A stretch of 63,366 bases of DNA, counting the filler, from Sphacelaria rigidula (Eukaryota): the NCBI GenBank assembly GCA_964200075.2. It is 7 parts of 7 records of this genome, joined end to end, with 100 filler letters (N's around TTAATTAATTAA, not from the genome) between each part and the next. Parts side by side here need not be neighbours in the genome. Positions count along the whole stretch, not along the records: positions 36,270 to 45,235 come from CAXNAA020009626.1; positions 45,336 to 54,301 come from CAXNAA020009627.1; 5 more parts are not named here. One strand, given 5' to 3'. Below the pieces are notes generated by a model. That model saw only the letters and a list, made by a program, of their open reading frames with translations. It was not told the origin of the DNA and did not search any database. Shown in pieces: positions 39,882 through 52,906 of this stretch; position 1 is the stretch's first letter, and each line of letters starts with the position of its first letter. Both the position numbers and the translations under genes were made by a program.

Positions 39882-41250
39882 GTGAGATGAATCTACGTGA
39901 TCATAGACCTGCGTGAACGAACAATAGCGATAGTGGGTCGGCGCGCCGACGATTCCGAGACGTGTTTGCGCGCAAAATGTTTCGTGTAACTGGTGACTCG
40001 CCGCCGACGTTTTCCGGAGCCGCTCACTAGGAGGGGGACTGGCTGTTGATTCGGCGCGAATTTAAGGGTCTGAAACCATACAAATACTGGGCACTTCATC
40101 TAACAGCAGGTTGGATACCAGGGGCATCAGGGAGGGAGTAAAAAAAGATGGGATATCTCTGCTTCCGGGTGACGACATTCATATATGTTTCGTCTGGAAT
40201 CGTACACATCCGCTGTGAAGTGTCCGGCATTCTTTCAGTGTGAACATATAGCAGTAAGTTCGCGTGAACCAAACCGTAACCGTTGTTTCAGATCCTGGAT
40301 CATATATCCTAGGGTTTTGCGTTCTTAATCCGCATCAACTACTATTCAATCAACGCACCCTGAACGAAGGTTGATGCCTCCACTAATCGGTATAATTCAC
40401 CACGTACAAGTTACAAATATTTATGGTGGGCAAATACGAGACACGGGACCTGTTTCGTTTATTTTCCAAATCCCAAGAGATTGTTATAACTTCGGCGAAT
40501 GTTGTCGAACCTACGAGCTAGACACGGTATACTGTTCCCGCGACGAAGGGCTTCCACTGTTACTCAGGGTGTGATGCATGTATGTTTTTCCATTCAGACC
40601 AATTGCAGAAAGTGTATCGTGGCTCAGGGTCTGAATAAAATGTTCAGGATCTGCTTTACACGAAAATGTCTGTTCAAGCGTACTTCGTATATGCGATACA
40701 GTACTCCGTTGACACGGTGGCAACACAAAGGCGTTTTGTGTGCACCACGACTTCGACGGTCGCCGGGTTAAATCCACGTTTTCGGAAGCAGTTGAGGCAC
40801 CAGATATCACGGGAATGTGGCGCAAAATGGCGTGTTATGCTTGGATTGTTAGCCTCTGAGGGGTCGACGATAACCTTCGACAGCACATGGCGGAGAGTTC
40901 ATTGCTACCGATGGCGGCCACCGAAAGGTCTTCAGCCAAATCGACGGCACGGATCAATCAGACCGGAGGCATTTTTCACGGTAGTGCAAAGGATACCCCC
41001 AGGTTGGATTGTTTTGTCAAAATGTTGTTCTGACACTACGGAAATCCCGGTGTCTTCGTTTGATAATAGACCCTCGAACGCTTTTCAAATAGAGAAGAAG
41101 CTAAGTGTTCCACCGAGTAACTTGTACTAGCCGTTCGCTGTAGCTGTGTACTAGGAGCTGAAGATGACCCCCTTGTCTGGGTTCCGATCCGATCTCCTTC
41201 GTTGTTTATTGTACCTTATGAAGTGAACACACCCACGCCTCTTCGTGCAG

Positions 41251-41322
41251 ATCCGGGAAGTGATATCATAACCCCTTCCCCCGTGGAGGATGCTACTGGA
41301 AACAGCAGTCCGACAATGAAAG
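41251..41322 (+). CDS. Mucin-like protein exon D
   Basis: TGCAG|AT CCG...: DPGSDIITPSPVEDATGNSSPTMK, phase 1/1, donor GTGTGT; TPSP motif similar to exon C. Confidence 0.65.
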
Positions 41323-42279
41323 GTGTGTTGGAATAGCTCGCGTTCTGTAGCACCGTCCTTGCGACAGGCTGACTACGGTTCAGCAAACAGTGGTATAGCA
41401 GAGGTTGCACCGTGGTTTTCAGACCATTGCTTCTACAGCTCGATGTAAGAATCAATAAGACAGATGGTTGACTGGGCTCTTCATCCGGCCAAGACAAAAC
41501 TGAACGCACAGTCTCTTCTCAAAGCAGAGAACGGAAGGTGATGAAGGAGAGTGATGGCAAGGGCGGTGGAAGCCATCGATTCCAAACATCCCAATCCTGG
41601 AACAAAAAGCAAAACCTCTATACGTACGTGGGCTGAAATGCATCCCCAACACTGACGTGCTTGTTAGCCAGCTCACACACTGGATGCTTCCTCAACCGAC
41701 GTTAATACACAAGCAATGACAGCACACTGTCGTATCCTACGATCTTACGCGATATCTAACATCAAGAATCCACATAAAACCGTACTTGTACCCTTGATCA
41801 ATGTTGAGGGCTCCTATTTGAACCGGAACCTATTGTACCGCTAATTTTGCTACAGAGTAAAAAACCCACAAAGACACGGGCAGCTAGATTACTGGCTGTA
41901 TAAACTTCCAACATGGTGAATGGGACAGAGCATCGCGATAAATGCTGCACGGGATACGACTTGTGTTCTTTCGATTTTTCTTGTCGATGGCAGGACAGAC
42001 GAGACCAAAGAACCAGGTGACTTGACACGTCGCATGGCGTATCTAGAGAGAAACATCAGATCGTACACACGAGTTTTCTTTGGATGGACAATACTCAGAT
42101 GGGAAAGCAGGTCCTCTTGGGAAATATCTGAGAAACGCAGTCTTGAGGACAACAGTACTCTGTACCCGGATCTAATCCGAATAGATATCAAGTACAAGGT
42201 TCGAGTAACGTCGTCGTGAATCATCTCACCTTGGACGTTTTTTTTATGTTGCGGCGGGTTCGTTTCTTTGCTTCACCAG

Positions 42280-42410
42280 ATATTGGAGACGATGACGATG
42301 ACGATGGCGGAGGTGGTGGTGACAACATGTTCTGGGAAATTTTCGCCGGAGTTGCAAGCGGATTGATTGTTGCGGCCGTTGTTGCCATTTTCTCGTGCTG
42401 TCGCCGGTGA
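42280..42410 (+). CDS. Mucin-like protein exon E with transmembrane helix
   Basis: DIGDDDDDDGGGGGDNMFWEIFAGVASGLIVAAVVAIFSCCRR*; pyrimidine-rich CCAG acceptor, phase 1. Confidence 0.75.
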
Positions 42411-43626
42411 CGACAAAATAGCCCAAGTCGAGTCGGTGAAGTGACGTCACAACAAGATTTGACAGTCACTCTTCCAACTTCGGTGGTGTGGAACATTTCA
42501 CAGTCTCGATGCCTACTTGCGTCGCGACCGGTCGCTTCTGGCACCTCGATCGATTTTCTCGATCCCTGACCCGCAGGTTCAACCCTTGATGCGATTTGCA
42601 AATATAGCTCATACTACATGGCGTGGACCCATGGCAGACAGTGTCTCACTGGGAAACACATTGATCACCACTGTCTAGGTGGGCTTCAATGGCAAGAGAG
42701 TGTAGCGGCTTCGATGTGTGTACTCATGTAGGTAATGATGTCAACTTTTCCAACCACGTGCAAGCTACTGGCCAAGCGAATACCAGCGATCCAAACCTAA
42801 ATTCAGTCTTGGGGGAACTCCCTGATGCGATAGAGCAGAATGCACACAGATAGCATGAGGTGGGTTTCATACATCAAGAACTAACACCAGGAGCAGTTTC
42901 GTGTATGTTTCGATATTTTTTGTTTTTTAACGGTCTCCCTACCGGAAGTCATGTGGGAGGGACCTGTCATTTTCCCCCTTTTGTTTTTTAGGTGTTCCTC
43001 TTTTCCTTTTTTTTCCAACGAGAGCTGTTCCGACTCGTATGTACACACATGTATTATACATATATTCATGTCTTGTCCACGTCTATCCATCGTGTGACAA
43101 CGGTTGGATCCGCAGAGGATCAGTGAATGCGAGGCAGCCGATCAACCAATGAACCAATCTGACAGAGGGTTTGTTCTCGCACATAGACAGCACGATGGAG
43201 GCCGTCGGCACACACGAAATGATAGCAGCTGCTGCAGTGGTGGGCGTGGAACAAACAGCGTGCTACGCGTGTTTGATCATGGTTTTTTGTGAAAGGAGTC
43301 GCAAATATGTGCCGCAGATAATATTGCTAAGCCCAGACTGTATATTAATAGTACATAGAGCAGTGGAGCAGCCGAGTGCAGTAAGATCTTACAGTGAGCG
43401 AAGCAGTTCTGACGTAGAGCGGGTGTGTTTCCCATGTAGCTTTGCGCGGAGTACCGACCTTGTGCTAGTCAGTGGCGGTTTGTTGTGTTTAATGCGTTCG
43501 GTTGGTGCTGATCTGTTGGAACTGAAGTGACCTATAATGATACATTTATTTGTGGTCGGGATGCGTCTCTACGCTCGCTTTACTGCTGGCCTCTGAACGC
43601 AGAAAATATTGTCGGAGAGGGAGGGA

Positions 43627-43991
43627 ATGTGTGCTGTGTTTTGTCATCCCATCTATTTCGGACGCCAGTCTAAACCTGTCGGTATATGCGGGTCCATCAG
43701 CCGGGGTCACACAGGAAGAAGGCCGACACAGGAGTTTCTTCTTTTATTCTGGATCAAGTACCCCACCTTCCTTCTGCGGTGCTTGTAATATTTTTTATCG
43801 CGAGAGGGATTCAGCAGTCCCCTTTTCCCGTCGACCGTGGAGTCAAATTCGTGTACCCATGACAAAGTTGCTCTCTACTGGACGGCATGGTGTGAGAAAA
43901 ATCCAGATCGTGTGACTTCACCGACATCTGAATCCACGACCCAACCGTCGGAAGAGTTCGAGGTCATCAACTGAGCCACCGGGGCGGCCGG
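43627..43991 (-). mobile_element. tRNA-derived SINE, full length
   Basis: Colinear with 2677-3034, including the GCCCCGGTGGCTCAGTTG head. Confidence 0.8.
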
Positions 43992-44939
43992 TCTGTCCTG
44001 TACTGAAAGGTAGTGTGGTGTAGTGTAATGTAGTGTAGTGTATTTCACTGTTGGATGGTTGCCGGGTAGCCGACGCGAAGCTGGTTTCGTAACAATGTAA
44101 AGGGGAATACGAGTGCTCGGGTTTTGTGGGACTTTTTTTCTCTTTCTTACGATTAGCGTTCGGAGCCCCTTGATTGCCAACACGACATAGCATCGGACAC
44201 CACAGGGCAGGAAACGGCAATACTCATGGTTGAGTTGGTGGCCTTTCCGGCTGTTATACGAGCAGACCCCCACCCCCTGTCGGAAACCTCCACCCCCGCG
44301 CCCCCAGGACACTCTCCGAGTACGTGGACTGTCAGCTTGTGAAGTTGTTCCGAGGCGATGCTTCGCTGTCTGAGGTTCAAGAGCCCACAAATTAATAGAC
44401 GAAGCATTAAAACATAGTAACAATATCGGTAAACTCGGATTTGAACAATGGGTGCATGGTAGCGCAGGGGACGAGAGAAAAGCCGTCCCCGGGGGGAGTT
44501 GCTACTGTGACTTTGGGGGTGATCGCCATTTTGGCATATAACGGACGAATGACAATACTTTTGGATTATGTAAAAACAATGACACTTGACATGCAAAACC
44601 TCACCCACGATTTTCACCCCCCCCAAACATCCTGGGGGTGTACTCATGATCATGCATCCCATAATCTTGTGCCTATGGCATGCATGATCATGAGTACACT
44701 CCCGAAGATCCTGGTGGTCCAGCAAAAACCCGGCTTGCTCCGTCTCGGCTTTGTAGAGACGGAACTCCTATGGGGTTGGCGTCGGCTGGCAATGACGCCG
44801 TAAAACACGCCACTCACTGCGTGAGAAGCTAGCCAACCAAGTTACCGGTAACCATGATGGTGACCGAGCTAGATGATACTGTGTAGAAGTGGGAGAACCT
44901 CGATTCCGCACAAATGGAGTGCTTGTACTACGTTATAGT

Positions 44940-45235
44940 TTGTATAATGCCGTGACACCCATGAGGCGGTGTGTAAGCCGTGGCTGTCTCTCGAAGTAGC
45001 AATACCACAAAATAGGGCAATTTATGAGAGGCTGTCGTTCAAATGCAAGATAAGCAATACTCTTCAGGCCGAACAATCGTAGCAGGATGCAGCTCACCCT
45101 TCATGCGACTCGCCGAATAACTCGATTCGCGCTTGGTAACTGAGTCTGGTCCGGCGCAAACCCGGCGTACTCCATCCCGGCTTTGTAGGAATGCGAGGTC
45201 AATGGTCATATGACTATGGCATGCAAGATCAGTAG
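44940..45235 (+). mobile_element. Right part of the ~685-bp G-ended element family
   Basis: Colinear with 52600-52895 ('ccgtggctgtctct', 'ggccgaacaatc.tagcaggatgc', 'gtcatatgact.tggcatgcaagatca'); cut by the contig end. Confidence 0.85.
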
Positions 45236-45589
45236 NNNNNNNNNNNNNNNNNNNNNNNNNNNNNNNNNNNNNNNNNNNNTTAATTAATTAANNNNNNNNN
45301 NNNNNNNNNNNNNNNNNNNNNNNNNNNNNNNNNNNGGCTTTTCCCATTTCGATTTACGTAAAGATTTTGCCTCGCAAAACCATGCACTTTTTCTGGGGGG
45401 GGGTGTACTCATGATCATGCATGCCATAGTGGGGGGGGCTATCGTAGAAAGTGTCTAGTTTGAATGTGTATGTTTTATTGGTAACAAGCACGTCCGAACA
45501 AACGATGCTGCTTTCAACGACGATTTGAGGTATAACTTCGTGGAAAAAATGGCCTCAGATACCTCGCTCCACCTTATCGTAGCATCACT

Positions 45590-46740
45590 CAGGAGCAAAG
45601 GAAAATCTCTAGCCTACGCATCATCCGCCTGAAGATAGAGCGAGAAGACCTGCATGATTTCGGCGCAGGGAAAACCTCGTCATGAGTCTAACGGATGGGG
45701 AAGTCCTGATGAGCAGGGGAAACCCCACCCTCGAGATGAGAAAAAACCTCTCGTATCCTTCCCGACCATAGCGATCGCATTCGCGTGTCCCATGCATCTT
45801 TCCGAGATCTCAGTTATACTGAAGAACGGGATCTCAGTTATACGAAAAAACAGCTACCAAGACCAGATGGTACCTGCGCTTAGACACCTCTGATCAGTAA
45901 AACTAATCCTGGTGAGCGTGAGAATCCAACCTCTCTAAAAGAACATTTCCTCCAACAACTGTCAGCAGTCATGGAAGTGAAGTCCATGATGGAAGACAAC
46001 TCTTCGACAATTACCGATGTCTACCCTACTGGGTATTGAGCCCACGCGCCTGGCCCCCTACATGAGCTACTGACGCCTATCCTGTTTGGTATCGAGTCCA
46101 CGCGCCTTGGCTCCTACATCAAGTAGGGAACGAACACATATATCCTATACAAAATATTATACACATACATTCCGTATGCGACAAGAAAAAAATGGATCAA
46201 ATATGGCACGAACACATGAAACTTACACAGCACATGGATAAAAAAAACATGCATCAAGTAGGGTACGAACACATGAATACACGAGGCATACAGACACATG
46301 CATCGAAGAAAAACGCATGAATTCCATTTAAAAGTACGGACACATGCATAGGCACTAAGGTCTGTATATCCTTCACGCTGGCGACTAGTACTGATCCTGA
46401 CATATGACAAGCTACGTCGAGTCCTCCTGTTCGCGTGCTAGACGCTCGAGCTCTCGATGTGAACACTCGTCACTGTACCCACCCCGGTGTCATTCCTCAG
46501 AATCAGTTGGCGTGGTTGAACACTCGCAGTTCCTGCTTTCATCTCGCAAAAGCCCTGGAATATTTGACCTATCGGAAACGACTGTTAACTTCAGCGTATC
46601 ACTGCGCGATAAGGGGCACGTCTCATGTCAAGGGGGTACAAATGAACCAGCGATATGGGTGGTGAGCGGTCCAGCAGGAGATCGAGCTGTTACGCGGTGA
46701 AGGGCAGGGAAGTGTTCGCGAAGAAGGGAAACCCCGGTGC
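45590..46740 (+). repeat. ~1.15-kb dispersed repeat, copy A
   Basis: Reverse-complement colinear with 47933-49065; partial relative at ~27350-27600. Confidence 0.8.
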
Positions 46741-47932
46741 GTGTTTACTGTACATGATCAGAAAAAAAAAAAGTACCGCAGCTCATAGCGCACAGCATGC
46801 TCCGTGTGGGCCACGGCAGCAGCAGCTAAGCCACCTCAAGAGGTGTCTTTTTTCATAGTACGCCTCTATGCGTGTGGCTTCCATAGTACGTAGCCGTACA
46901 CACAGCCTGCACTGCTGCTGCCCGTGCAGCAAGTAGCTGTACATGATCATACTCAGGATAACACCCAGACACACACCTGCTCAGCTTCTAACAGAACAAA
47001 AATATCCAAGGCTGCCTATTATGTCTTTAAATCTATTCGGGAAATCATGTGAATGTGCATTCTCTCAAGGGAGTTTGGACCCCATTTCAATGTTGAAATC
47101 GATTTTTTCAAGAGAATCTGTTATGTTTGACTTTGTATGTAGGTATTGCTTGTATTCTGTCTTGAGTATGGGGTTGTTCTGTTTTCACTTCACCTCCACG
47201 CCCAACGAACATCAAGTCATTCCCAGAAGCACTTGTTCTTTCTCAGGGGGGGCGTGGCACATCAGATGGCCGTATCGTCGGCGCAGCACCATCGTGACGA
47301 CTTAACATACGAGTACTGATACCCGCTACAGTATTTTCGTACAACTTTTGTACGACTGCTATGCTTTTGTTTTTGATTTTTGTTTTTATGTTTAGCATGG
47401 TACCCTATTGAAATAGTCATCATGTTGTGTCCATTTATTTCATTGTCATTATACTCATTAATTTCACTTATTCATTTTCCTAGTTTATGTCCATATAACG
47501 TTTATAAGATTCGTTCCCATAATATTTCTTGCGTTGAAACATTCACAACTCCAGCACATGCTGACGACAATCTTTTGAACTACCTACGTACTACTAAGTC
47601 GGTAGGAAATACAGGCATGTCTCTGACTGTTCAGCCGGACATGGTTGCCGGTAGCCGTGAATTGTCAGGAGTGCTCTCCGCAGGGGGGTACTCCGAGTTC
47701 ATTTGAGTTCATCTTCTCACCCCCGCGTTAACAATATGCAGCGGTGATTGGTCGGGTACAAACAAGACGACTCCTCTCGATGCATTTAAGAACAAATGTA
47801 CAGGGAATCGGGGCAACAGGTCAGTCAGTGTGAAAGTCGGAGCCTGAGAAAATTGAAGGGTCAGGCGATATAAACGTGTCGAGTTCAACCAGTAAGTAGC
47901 CGTTCCGGAAACGATATAGCTGGCGTCTTGAA

Positions 47933-49065
47933 GCCGGTTCACACTTTCTCGCAACTACTTCGCTGCCCTCCAATTCTCAACGGTCCGGTCTCTTGCTGGA
48001 CAGCTCACTGCCCACATCGCCGGTTCTCTTCTACCGCCTCGACATTAGACGTGCCCCCGTGTCGCGCAGGGATACATTGAAGTCGTTTTCCATACAACAC
48101 ATTTCCAAGAAACTGATGAGAAGAAAACAGAATATACGAGTCTTCGACCACATCAACCGCTTCTGGAGAATGACTCGGTGGTGGGGACTGGGGAGAGCGC
48201 TCATATCGAAAGCTCGAACGTCTAGCACGCGACTAGTAGGACTAGACGTAGCTTGCCGTATCGCAGGATCACTACTAGTCGCCAGCGCGAGGGGTACACA
48301 GGCCTCGGTGTATATGCATATATGTCCGTACATTCTTATACGATTCATGTATCTTTCGTGAATGCATGTATCTGTTTGCGTTGTATAGTAATATACTTGT
48401 GCCCTATTTGAGGTTCAGGCCAAGGTGTCTAGGTCCAATGCTTGTTTAGACTACCTGTAGAAAACGTGTGCTTTTCTCGAATGCATGGGTCTATATGTCC
48501 ATTATATTTATGTGTTTTTGTCCTAGTTGATGTATGTACGGCTAGTGTAAGATCCATGCGTTCGCGCCCTACTTGATGTAGGAGCCGGGGCGCTTGGCCT
48601 CAATACCCAGTAGGGTAGGCGCCAATTGATGTAAGGGTCAGGGATCGTGGGCTCAATAGCCAGTAGGGTAGGCGTCAGCAATCGTCGAGAAGCTCTCCCA
48701 CCTCATGGACTTCACATCTACATTTGCTGACAATTCGTGGAGACTTTTATAGCGCAGCTAGAGTCTCGCAGCCTCCTGAGAGGATCACTTAAATTTTTAG
48801 GGGCTCTAAGCGCGGCCATTCTTGTCTCAGGAAAGGGTTGTTCACTAGTTTTCTCGGTTCCTAGCAAGACACATGAGACAGAATCGTGCCATGTGTGCTC
48901 GCGTGAAGGTGAGAGATTTTCCTTCCCATCAGTGATATTTCCTCTGCTTATCAGGGATTACCCATCCACTAGTTTCATGACGAGTTTCTCCCTCCGTTGT
49001 ATAACACAGGTTTTTCTCGTCTTTACTTCAGGCGGATGATGCGCGGGGTAGAAATATTGCTCGGT
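47933..49065 (-). repeat. ~1.15-kb dispersed repeat, copy B (inverted relative to A)
   Basis: For example 'cgcatcatccgcctgaag' versus 'cttcaggcggatgatgcg', and 'ggctcctacatcaagtaggg' versus 'ccctacttgatgtaggagcc'. Confidence 0.8.
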
Positions 49066-49654
49066 TCCTCACAGCTCTCCAAATGAAGAGCTTGTACCCG
49101 AAAATGAGGTCGAACATTGGAAGAGTTTCAACTGCAAAACGGTGTTTTCCCTGACCTAAAGTCATGACACATGATTTTCATATGGAGGACCTCGTACTCC
49201 CCGAACTTCCCGAAACTATTTTGGGAAGTTCCCCGTCTTCCGTTCCTTCAATAGTGAGTATGTGCGGAAGCACTTTTTTGCGTCGATTTCGGGGTGAAAA
49301 GGGGAACCTTTTTGAAAAGCTCGAAAATGGTGCTTTCGCACATACCCTTTGGGAGAACGGAAGATAGGAAACCCCGAAAAACAGTTCCAGGGGCATCAGG
49401 GTGCACTGTGTTGGAGTTGAAACTCATCTTAATGTTGAACTTCACTTTTGAGGCTAATATGTTGATTGCTTTCAGCCTTATTCCCGCTAATAGGCGCTAT
49501 CGGCTGGGGGGATGTCGCGGGCACTTGTGTGTCATACTCTAGTCATACTCTAGACGAGTACTGTAGGGATTCCGTACCATACTTGACAAATAGGCGATAC
49601 ATACCATACTCTAAGCAATCCTACCTTTTTTCTTGAGCCTTTGGTTCCCCCTCC

Positions 49655-49910
49655 ACCCCCCCCCCCGTTTGTTGAGAAGTTGTCAACAAGCATACCCCAG
49701 CAGCCTGATTAAACACATGATCCATGCCTCATCAGCTCTACAGCGGTACCACCGATCTCCGACCAAAAGTAGGTCTGCGTGGTTGCCCCCCCCCCCCGGT
49801 TGTTGAGAAGCTGTCAACAACCATAATCCAGCAGCCTGTTTGAACATGATTCATGCATCATCAGCTCTTCAGCGTTACCACCGATTTCCGACCAAAAGTA
49901 GGTCTGCGCG
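49655..49910. repeat. ~130-bp direct tandem duplication
   Basis: 'tgttgagaag.tgtcaacaa...ccgaccaaaagtaggtctgcg' occurs twice, each preceded by a poly-C run. Confidence 0.9.
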
Positions 49911-51265
49911 GTACGCAGTCGAATGCTTGCTAGGGACTCATGCAGTACGCCTGACAAATCGATCGAACTCAAGAAAGGTGCAATCGACGGTCACGCCCCC
50001 AATCTGTCTTGCAGGACGGTGCGGGGAACCCGATTCCTCCCACACCCAGAATGCATGCTCCGATAACATACAGATGTGATCCTGCAGTAAATATCCCTCT
50101 AAGACGACTTCGCAGTTTGAGGAGAATTTATCAAATTATCTCTTCCAGCGCGAGCAGATGGATCACGAGTTCTGACAGTCAATCACCAAATTGCACGTGA
50201 GAAGGGTCTAACAGACAGCTTTCCTAGAGACTCGCATGAGCAATTATAGGAGATTGCTTTCCAAGAGGGGGGGGCGTACTCATTTGTTGCTTGCCTTAGT
50301 CGTGTGACCATTGACCACGCATCCCTTTCGAGACGGAGCACTTTCCAAGAGGGGAGGGAGGGTTCCATGAATCCGTTATCGAATGCGGTGCGTAGGTGAC
50401 ATACGCTGATAATGCGGAACCCGAACCGTAACCCGAACGCAAACCCCCACCCGCCCCACGTAAACCGAGTCGGTGGAAGCAGTCTCCGGAGAATATTACC
50501 GGAACGGACACCATACAACATGAGTACTAGCACTACTTCCTAAACCATGTGTACCGAGGTACTGCTCACGCTATACTTACAGGGTCGATATTTGGGGATC
50601 ATGACCAAGGATAATTAACTCGAGGGTCGCCCTCTGGTGGGAGAAATCGCGCTTGCAGAAAACGCAAAGTGAACACGAAGCGGTACCCATATAGAACCCT
50701 CGCGGAAATTGCTGAGCTGAATGGCAAACATAGTAGTGGAGGCCTGCGAAGTCTCTCTAGAAAAATAGCCTGCTGGTACCAATCGCGTTTGCATGAGACT
50801 CGAGGTCGGAATTTCGGGTAAAATGGAAGATGAAGATGCCTACGAAATCGGGCCCATAGGGTGAGTTCATGCCCATTTCTTCACGTATTTTATGATTATT
50901 TCGTCTGCGGCTGGGAGAGAACCACTATATTTGACCGAAAACAGTGTTTCTTGTTAGTGGACCCGTTCTGCGCTACATTTTATTTCTTGCCTACCCTCGA
51001 ATGGTACTTGGCATCACTACTTCGGCATAGAGCCTGCTGTCACTCCCTCCCAGTGTACAGCAACAGCCCCCCGGCATCTTGAACGTTTGCTTGATGTCCA
51101 CCACGCCCATTCACATCCAACGTGTGATACCCGCGCGGCGCGTTCATGCACTGATATTCCCAAGTGATGATTAACGCCAACATCTCGACGGTGAAGTTCA
51201 GGGATGTATGAGAAGGCCAACCACCACTCCCTGGTCTGCCATTTAATAGCCGTGAAAGAAGGCTG

Positions 51266-51520
51266 GAGTGATGCTACGGTAGGGGTACACAAATATTTTC
51301 TGGGTTATAAATGTAGGAGTCCTTGATCTCATCCAAAACACGACTTATTGAATTTGTGAGAGTACGCCAGGATTACTATTCAAATGCGCTAGTGATATCC
51401 CCGAGTGAATTTGCTAACACGGATGCCCTGATCTATATTCCTGTGCATGGGGAATTGTTACGAGCCCCTGAACCAGACACGATTTTGCGCAAAAAGTGCA
51501 CCCCTACCGTAGCATTGCTC
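51266..51520. mobile_element. ~255-bp MITE
   Basis: GAGTGATGCTACGGTAGGGGTACAC ... GTGCACCCCTACCGTAGCATTGCTC. Confidence 0.65.
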
Positions 51521-52221
51521 GTTTGCAGAAGAGTTTGGGTGAAATATCGTGAATAGTACCAAGGTAGGCATGCACAAAAAGTTCCCAGGTTTGATTTGTC
51601 AGAAGCCCTTCATCTCATTCAAAGAACGAGTTATGAAATACGTGACAGCACACAACGATTAGCTTTCCAATGGGCTGTAGGGATATATCGAGTGAATTTT
51701 GAAACGGGAATGTCCGCACCCATATTTGTGTGTAGTTCTTGACTTCAGGAGCCCCTTCGTGAGAATCGTATGGGCCCAAATCTGCAACCTTTACCGTGGC
51801 ATGATTCTAATCGCGACTCGAGTTCGCAGTGGAAAATTGTACGAACCACGAGGACGCTTCGGACCACTTTATCTTGCGTTTCGTTGGGGTACTTCCGATC
51901 TTCGAAAGCTGGCCTCATATCTTTTTCATGTGGTCGGATTTTGCATCATTCCAGCAGAGGGAGTACTCACACACTTCGGAACACACCATGTCAGCGCTCA
52001 AGCGTTAACTTTTCTCCAACGTTGCATGTATGCCGAGCAAACTGTCCGACCACGGGCTTGTAAGGGAGTGTGGTCCGGCCGGTGCTGTCTCCAGCTCGCC
52101 GTCAAGCAACTTGCATTGCTCAGCAAGCGATTAATCCGATTGTTTTGACCAGTGCTTTAGCCAAAGCAAGATAAAGGAGGAGGGCGCTAAAATCACAACT
52201 TCAAGTAATCCTACGAGAGGA

Positions 52222-52906
52222 GAGGGGGGCGTACTCATTTGTTGCTTGCCTTAGTCGTTTGACCATTGATAACGCACCCCTTTCGAGACAGAGAGGAGAG
52301 GGGGGGGGGGTTGCACAAAACGTTGGGGTTCATGGGGATGTTACCCGTCCTCACACATTCGTTGTGGACTTTTGTATCAATGGCCCCATTCCTTGTCGAC
52401 CGGTAATATATGAAGGCGTACGCCATGTTGATACCAAGAGCATTCCTGCAAAAATTATTGCATGCAGAGACGCCTCGAAGTTGGTCCTTGCAAACAGTGG
52501 CTCGAACCACCCCGCGTCCCGATGGAAAATACTGTGCGGGGTGGGAGAACCTCGATTGCGCGCCAAGGGGAGGGTCATCCTCCGTAGTGTTTAAACAGTG
52601 AGACATCCATGAGGCAGTGTGGAACCCGTGGCTGTCTCTAGACGTGGCGATACCAGAAAATGAACCAACAACTCATCGGAGGCTGTCATCCGTACGCAAG
52701 ATAATCAGTACGCTTCGGGCCGAACAATCTTAGCAGGATGCGGCTCACCATTCATGCGACTCGCCATATACATGACAGCGCTTCGCGCTTGGTGATTGAT
52801 TGCGAGTCTGGCAAGGTGAAAACCCAGCATGCTCCATCTTGGCTTTGTAGGGATGCGAGGTCAATAGTCATATGACTGTGGCATGCAAGATCATGAGTAC
52901 ACCCCC
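52222..52906 (+). mobile_element. ~685-bp non-coding element with imperfect ~45-bp G-rich TIRs (possibly the brown-algal 'Sower' repeat)
   Basis: Left GGGGGGCGTACTCATTTGTTGCTTGCCTTAGTCGTTTGACCATTGA; right (reverse complement) GGGGGTGTACTCATGATCTTGCATGCCACAGTCATATGACTATTGA; many partial copies in the window. Confidence 0.8.
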
